A DNA stretch of 64,000 bases from the human T2T-CHM13v2.0 reference genome, Homo sapiens. Under the pieces are notes generated by a model. That model was not told the DNA's origin, made no database searches, and was given only the letters and a program-made list of their open reading frames with translations. Positions 54,871 through 64,000 of this stretch are shown here, in pieces. A program made the position numbers and the translations under genes. The number at the start of each line of letters is the position of its first letter. Position 1 is the stretch's first letter. The stretch is taken from assembly GCF_009914755.1 (NCBI RefSeq), contig NC_060929.1; one strand, 5' to 3'.

Positions 54871-56900
54871 GCCAGAAGGATTATAAACCAGCATGACCCA
54901 GGCACCTGGAGATGCAGAAAATCTGACCCCCCAGTCCTGTGGCCTTGAAAAATGTGCTCAGGTAAGGATCACAGAAAATGGTCTTCGGCAGACAGAAAGA
55001 TTAGTGCTGGATTTTATTATTTTGTAAATGGTTTAGCCTATTTATAACTTATGAAGCAGAAACTAAAAACAGCTTAAGTATATGTTTATTTTAATTGGAG
55101 ATGGGCATATGTTTATGTATGCCAATAACTTTTTGAAAGTATGTCATTATAATGAAACTATTATAAAGATGTGCATATGGGTGCATGTTGTATATATGTC
55201 AGCAGACACATATTGACATTTATGCAAAGTTGGTTATTGGAAGTGACTGGTAGTAGATATGACTGGGCTGTTCTTGTGCATAATCTTTGGTCCCTGGAAA
55301 CCCTGAAGGACTGAGCGTGACCCAGGCAGTGGGTTTCTTCCCCATCAGCTTGGTTGCTTGGCGTTTATCTGCAACTGTCTTCCAAGTAAAGCTTCCCAGG
55401 AACTAGAGTCTGGGAAAACCTTACTGGGACTTTGGGTGCCTTTAAGCCATTGGCTATGACAGAGAGAAGTTGTTACTGGAAGGCTCTTGTGACATAACTG
55501 AGGGGTTCCTGCTTAGGAGGGCTCTTTTATTTATTTTTGAAAAAAGTAGAAATGTCACCTTTTTTATGATTCAGATGATCTGAAGGCACATCCTTTGCAG
55601 TGGAAAGAGAAGAGACTCCTGTTACCTACAATAGAAGGAATAGCCTAGACTGCACTGAATGCAGTGACTCATTGTGGGTTACAGGACATACTGGAGTAAA
55701 TGCGCCTTACTGGAGTGAGACTTCAGTGACAGAGGGTTGAGTTGAGACTCGTCATCTTGTCTCATTCCTAGGAGGTGCTCAGTGAATACTTATGAAAAGG
55801 AAGGGAGGGAGTGTTGAGGGAGGGAGAGAGGGAGGGAGGAAAGCGGCAGGGTCTGAGCCTTCAGGAAGCAGGTGTCAGGCTCAGCTGGAATAATTTAGCC
55901 CTGCCAAAGATAACCTGGAAGGATCTTTTCAGAAAAAGGACAAAGCATTTCCCAAAGTAACTCATTTCTCAGTATTTGGAGGGTTGCAAACTAGGCACAA
56001 CTTGTGTCCTTGCCTGGCGGTCAGTCTGGGCATGATGGATGAACCAGTGGAATGGGTGGCCCCAGGGCTCTGCTGATGGAGGCTGTGTTGTATGGGGTGT
56101 AGGCTCTTCTCAGGGAAGGTTTGTGGAGGATGTTGAGCCAGTGAGGGATGGTGGGAGTGTGTGGTGAATGTCTCTGATGCTGGTCCCTCAGAGAGGAGAG
56201 AAGGAGGAGAGGAAGAGGGAAGAAAGGAAAGAGGGAAGGAGGAGAAGAGGGGAGGGGACATCACAGCAAACATGACCAGAACCAGAGGGACTGTCTTCAC
56301 AAAGGACTCCTGGTGCTCAGGTGGCAAAATGGGACCCAGAGTCTAGGGTAGGGATATTCTCCTTATTTCTTGTAACTGTCAACATTCTTAGCATCAGAAA
56401 CCAACTCTGGTTAAACCAAAAAGGAACTGACTGAAAAGCACCTGGTTCACAGAAACATGGGGAAATCTTGAGAAGCAGGCAGGAGAAAGGGTCAGGCAGC
56501 TGCAGGTCCACAGCCAAAATCTTGCCAGTGAGGACATGGCCGTCACATTTTGTGCAGCATCTGCTGCTCCCGGAAACCAGTTATTGCTGTAGCCACTCTG
56601 ACTTCATTTCTCATACTGCTTTGGATCAGCAGCCACCAATTCAAAACTCTGGGGCTAGCGTGTCTGACTGGTTAAGCCCAGATCACATCCTTGTACTCTA
56701 GCTTCAAGGGAGGTGGGAAGAGGAAGGCTTGGGTGGAAAGACTGGACTCTTTGGCTTTCTTAAAAGGAGGTGGAGAGTCAAAAAGGCCCACGAATGTCCA
56801 CCATTTTCCTGCTCAGTACCATGTGATTTCCCAAAGGAAACCCACACTGCTTAGCCAATTTGAGACGTTGTTTTGGGAGCACTGGAGTACTGGTAAATTT

Positions 56901-56902
<2 letters not shown>

Positions 56903-56954
<52 letters not shown>
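56903..56954. repeat. (AC)26 microsatellite
   Basis: Perfect repeat. Confidence 0.97.
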
Positions 56955-56956
<2 letters not shown>

Positions 56957-57770
56957 CCTGCTCTGAAAACATTAACATAAAGCTGAAAGATAAATTGGCT
57001 GTTGGAATAAACTTCCTGGAACACGTTGTTTCAAGATGAATCAGCCAGCCATCTATTTACTTACCTTTATGCACAAAAGGAGAAGAGAGAAGGAGGGTGT
57101 TCTAAGACGATTGTGCTTAACAAAGAACAGAATGGTAGTTTATACTTCTAAAATTACGAATCTCAGTTTGAATAGAGTTATCCATGACTACCAGTCGGCA
57201 TTCAAGGTTTTTAGAGATTAGAATCTTATTTTGCAGAAATTATATCAAACTTTGAAAGCCAGATAATCTTGGAAAAGGACTTTTTACAGACAACCTCACA
57301 AGGAAACTGTTATGGTTACTAAATATAAAACAGGATCGCATTTTTGTAAATATTTTAGCCTCCAAATTTAATGAAAATTTTAAAAATTAGGGCTAGCATT
57401 TCATCTTTCCTGCTGGCATCAGTAGCTCTTTTCTCTATTGTGTGCAGTTACGAGGACTTGCCTTTTCAAGCCACAGAATTCCATTTGCTGGAATTGAGTC
57501 CAAAAGCTCAGGCAGGCCTTAAGGAAATCTATGACTTGGTAAACTCATAAGGGACTCTGAGGCTGTACTGGTCTCCTCTTATAAAACGGATGTTCATAAC
57601 CCCCTGATCCTGAAGTTATTCACAGAAGCTCATCTTTCTTGGGGGAATTTTTAATTCCCTATTCTCATTTATATACTTTGGGTAGGGGGCGGATTCTAAT
57701 TGACTTAAACGAATTAGCATGCCCCCCCTTGAGCAAACTGATTAGATCAGGGATGGGCATATGATCATGT

Positions 57771-57772
<2 letters not shown>

Positions 57773-57848
<76 letters not shown>
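57773..57848. repeat. (GT)20(GA)18 compound microsatellite
   Basis: Perfect compound repeat. Confidence 0.97.
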
Positions 57849-57852
<4 letters not shown>

Positions 57853-58110
57853 GAGACAGAGAGGCAGAGACAGAGATAAAGAAAGAAAAAATCCCAGGAC
57901 TTTGGCAGGAGCCCCCAGAAGAGAGAATCTCTCTCTCTCCCTCTCTGGAAAGCATAGAGTGAGAGTGAGGTCTTGCAGTTGCTGGAGCTGATGGATGAAG
58001 CCAACCATGTGGAAAGCAGAAGACAGGGAAATAAAGAAATGAGATCTTTCAGTTGCTAGATCAGGTCTCACCTAACATTGTAATCACTTTTTAATTTTGT
58101 GAGCCAATAA

Positions 58111-58743
<633 letters not shown>

Positions 58744-61153
58744 TCATTTGTTGTTTAAATGAGTTGAGTTCTATCTCTTGTAATTGAATAATCTCTCATT
58801 GATGGACTGAAAAAAACACTTGCAACTAAATAGTCCTTAGTATCTCAGTATGTAAGTATTAAAATATACCTTAGCATAAAAAAGTATTTCTTAGTATATA
58901 ATTTTCATGGTATACAAAGAATTTTTAAAATTAAGAAAAATAATAATAACCTAATAGAAAGCAAAGAACAAAAACACTTAAAAAATGGCTAATAAATATG
59001 TGAAAACTGTTCTATCTTGTTTGTGATTAAAGAATTGTACATTAAAATGGAAATAGGCTACCATTGTTAATAATTGGAATGATGAAGATCAAAAAGTGAG
59101 AAACCATACAGGTTGGTGAACAAAGGGCAAACACGTACTCAGTACTGGCAGGAGCTGGGGGTTGGGGGTAATAAATTGGAAGGCAATTGGCAATATCTAC
59201 CAAGATTTTAGGTAAATATATCCTGTGATCAGGCAATTCCACTACTAGAAATTTATCTCACAGATAAATTCCCACAAGTGCACAAACATGTACATAAGAG
59301 CTCATTACAATATTATATGAAACAGTAAACTATAGTGAAGGAGCCCAGGGAATTTCTGAGGCACTCTGACATGCTGATATTTTAAATTTAAGACTCTTGA
59401 AGGTCAGCAGATGCTGCAAAAGGCTCTCCTCTGATATACCCTTATCAACCTAAGACTGGACCCACCAAAGAGAGCTGAACTGCATCCCATCTCCTCCCTG
59501 GAATCTCATTGTTTATTGCAGAAAAGAAGACTGGGGAATGCAACCACGCCCAGATGGACATTTCACATAAGACATGGATTGATGCATTGGACTTCTCCCC
59601 AAATAGGATGCTGTGTCAAAGCTGACCAAGTATACAATGCTGTCCTTGGGAGGACCCTATAGCATCTCATCATTGTAGGTATGGCAACATTATCTTTCAA
59701 AGAAGAATCTAGAATGGCACAAGGAGAATGGCTTATTCTTTTTAGAGGGCAGCAAGGCCAATCTCTGTCTCAATTGGGTGGGCAGGCTCTTCCTTAAATA
59801 CCTACAACCTGTTCCTGAAATAGCTGAGAGACCTTCAAGGCAGGGGCTCACTGAGAGAGGGGTGCAAGCAATTGACCTCGTTGTTGCTGACAGTCTCCTT
59901 GGCAGAGGGGCAACACCAGGACATGAAAGTAAGAGGAGAGAGATTTCATAACAGACATGCATCATGGAGGAGGGGTAACCTGGCCTTGTGGATAGACTCT
60001 GTGAGCTGGCATGAGTTCTGGAAGGGCGGTGCTTCAGTCAACACTGGTGTCCAATGTTCAAGGAAATCCTAGAACAAAGGAATCACGAGACAAGCTCTTA
60101 AGCGTTTGTTGGTACAGACTGCTGTACTGGATGTTCAGGACTCTTTTTTTATCCAGAAGATAAACAAGGGAAGCAAACAGTCACGTGACATCTGAAGTGG
60201 GCTCTCTTTCACACACAGATTCATAAAGGATGCTCAACCACAACAAGCAATTCATTGAGTAAAAAAGGTGAATTAGTAACTCACGGTAAAATTACTGTTT
60301 CAGAATTTCTTGTTTTGTCATGTAGGCTTAAAGGGGAACATGTTCATCTTTACAAAAGCATCATAGCAAGCGCCAACAGGCCAGAGACAAAGGATAAATG
60401 ACTAAGTTCTTTCATAGACAGGATGGCGATGCAAGAGGCAAGTGTGAGAATGTGGCTTGTCCACCTGCCAGGAGATGATTGCCGCTAGAGCAGGGGTTCC
60501 CAGCCTTGATGTACATTAGAATCAACTGAGAAGGGATTGTAAGTCCCCATGTGGCAGCCCAGGCTAATCAAATCAGACCATCTGGAGATAAGGCCTGGCT
60601 TCAGTATTTTCAGACCTCTCCAGATGATTCCACTGAACATCCTAGGCAGAGAACCAATTCCCCTTGGAGTGGAACTTTCTTCCACCACTGTAAGGTCTTC
60701 AGTCCTCTCATTCTCAGGAGAGAGAGGCTTCTGTTGAATCAATTGATGTTGATACAGCAGAACAATTAGCATAGAAGAAACCTGTAATAGGCATATTACA
60801 AATGCAAACATACCTTGGTTAATGCATGACATTTTTAACTTGTCCCCAGGATGTATGGGTTGAGGGGAGATCATTCTGAGCAGGGCAGGGAACAATGCTG
60901 TGTTGGTCTCCAGTGTCCCCAGGGCCCAGCCCAGTCTCTAGCACAGAGTACACGCTCCATAAACATTTGCTGAAGGATTGGATGACTTTTAGGGGAAATT
61001 GCCTGTTTCCAACATTAACCTTTTGCAGAAGAGATGGTGAATAGGTCAACTGAGCACCAAGAAGGTATTTATAATGCTTTCCATAAATTGATTGTGGGAG
61101 ATGTAATATATCCAACTACAACCCATCCTCATGGATGTGAAAAGGGGAAATAA

Positions 61154-61428
<275 letters not shown>

Positions 61429-62185
61429 CTTTAAAATTTTTAAATAAAGTAACATGAGTTAATTTGTCACTTTGGAAAACAGCTGACATTTGGAACCTGT
61501 CAAATTGAGAACAATTTCACTGAAATTATGAATAAAAAATAAAATGTGGGGCAAACGTATCACACAGTGGCCTGAACTCTACAGAGAGGAGAACCCAGTA
61601 GGCAATGAGTGTGCAACAGTCTATTTCCAGTGTAATAATTATGGATCTGATTTGAATTTCAATTCCATAGAGCATAAAATCCCCAGCGATAGCTTCTTGC
61701 TTCCAGGTAGCGACATGGCATAATGCATGTGGATCGCATTCCTGTGCACGCAATTGGTATCACAAGGCTCTTACTCCAACAGGAAGGGCTTTACTATCTG
61801 AAGAGGAAAATGTATACGAAAGACAGAATAAACCTTCGAAGTTTACTTTAATCAAAGAATAGTCACACAATTCTCTTTGCAAAATGCACCTCTTTTCTTA
61901 AATGGTTGTATTTCCTGTTTAAATGCACGCCTAGAAACATTTCAATCATGCTATGGTTCTTTTTCATATCTTTAGTGTTATTTTTATTATAAAACCAACA
62001 TACACATACGGTAAAAGTTTCTAGACAATAAACAATGTAGAAAGTTACTGCTACTAGTTTGAATCTTATTGGTAGTATCTACTACAAACGAGTAAGGTGA
62101 TAACTTTTAAAGCTCTCAGTAGGTATGTAAATATGAGAACTGGTCACAGAAAATACTAAAGAGTAAAAACAATTAATTAATTTAA

Positions 62186-62837
<652 letters not shown>

Positions 62838-63526
62838 TTATTCTATTTTTATTTAGTTTATAACTCTTATATTTGCAAACATTTTATTCATTACACAACA
62901 AATCATTTAACAGCTATGAATACAATCCCACTTAATAGAAATATAAATATTCAATGATGTAACTTGCACAAAACATTTAGATATATATAGTGTATGTATA
63001 TGTATCCAACTGGTTATAACCAGTTTGTTCTAACAAAAGGATTTCAAAATTTAACTTTTTGTACGTATAAAGATAAAAAGGTATGGTAATAAAATCTTAA
63101 AAGAGTATTTTCTAAAAATTAGCAGGCTAACAACATTTTAGAGAAAATTTCAAAGCTACAAACTTTTAAAATCTTTACCTTTTAATGGTTAAAAATCATC
63201 CATTATAATTTCCCTAAAAATATATACATTTATCTAAGCTATTGGCATGCTTTTGTAAAGATCAAGAATATTAAAAATATTAACCTTTTCACTCATATTT
63301 GCAGCTTGTAGCTACTTTTGCTGTAGGTAACTTTGGAGTGAATTTCATCGTCTAGTCAGCAGGGTGATGTAAGAAAAGCGTTGTCACCAACACTTCAGGA
63401 CACCTGCGTTACTATACCTCTCAGGTCGTGAAAGAAGGGAGATTAATTACAAGGGTAATTACCTTAACCCCAGCCTGGCTTTCACTGAAGTAAAGGTCTT
63501 GGTGACATGTCCTTTCCATGTCATAA

Positions 63527-63946
<420 letters not shown>

Positions 63947-64000
63947 TAAAGAAGCAAATAATTTGTTTTGCACCCAAATGGTAGTTTATATCTCTGTTGA

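Overview
Primate (very probably human) autosomal DNA, consistent with the 5q13.2 region around BTF3. It contains the complete six-exon BTF3 (NAC-beta) gene on + (about 13.75-20.82 kb), with a CpG-island/TCT-type promoter, two alternative exon-1 donors (206-aa and 162-aa isoforms) and a GC-AG intron. A full-length FUNDC2 processed retrocopy with an intact ORF lies at 23.9-25.06 kb. The rest is dominated by Alus, ERV1/ERVL/MaLR LTRs (including a nested LTR pile at 45-50 kb), DNA transposons and microsatellites. The main discovery is a spliced, minus-strand LDLRAD1-like gene at about 23.5-31 kb, convergent with BTF3, for which I know no annotation. It has a transmembrane exon and three LDL-receptor class A exons, all joined in phase 1 by GT-AG introns, with no stop or frameshift over about 175 codons. 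It also shows signs of decay: an Alu inserted exactly into a splice acceptor, one Cys->Ser and one SDE->SDK change, and the FUNDC2 retrocopy in its last intron. It is either an overlooked gene or a unitary pseudogene. Homologies and repeat-family names come from my recall of reference sequences, not from a database search; repeat boundaries are approximate.
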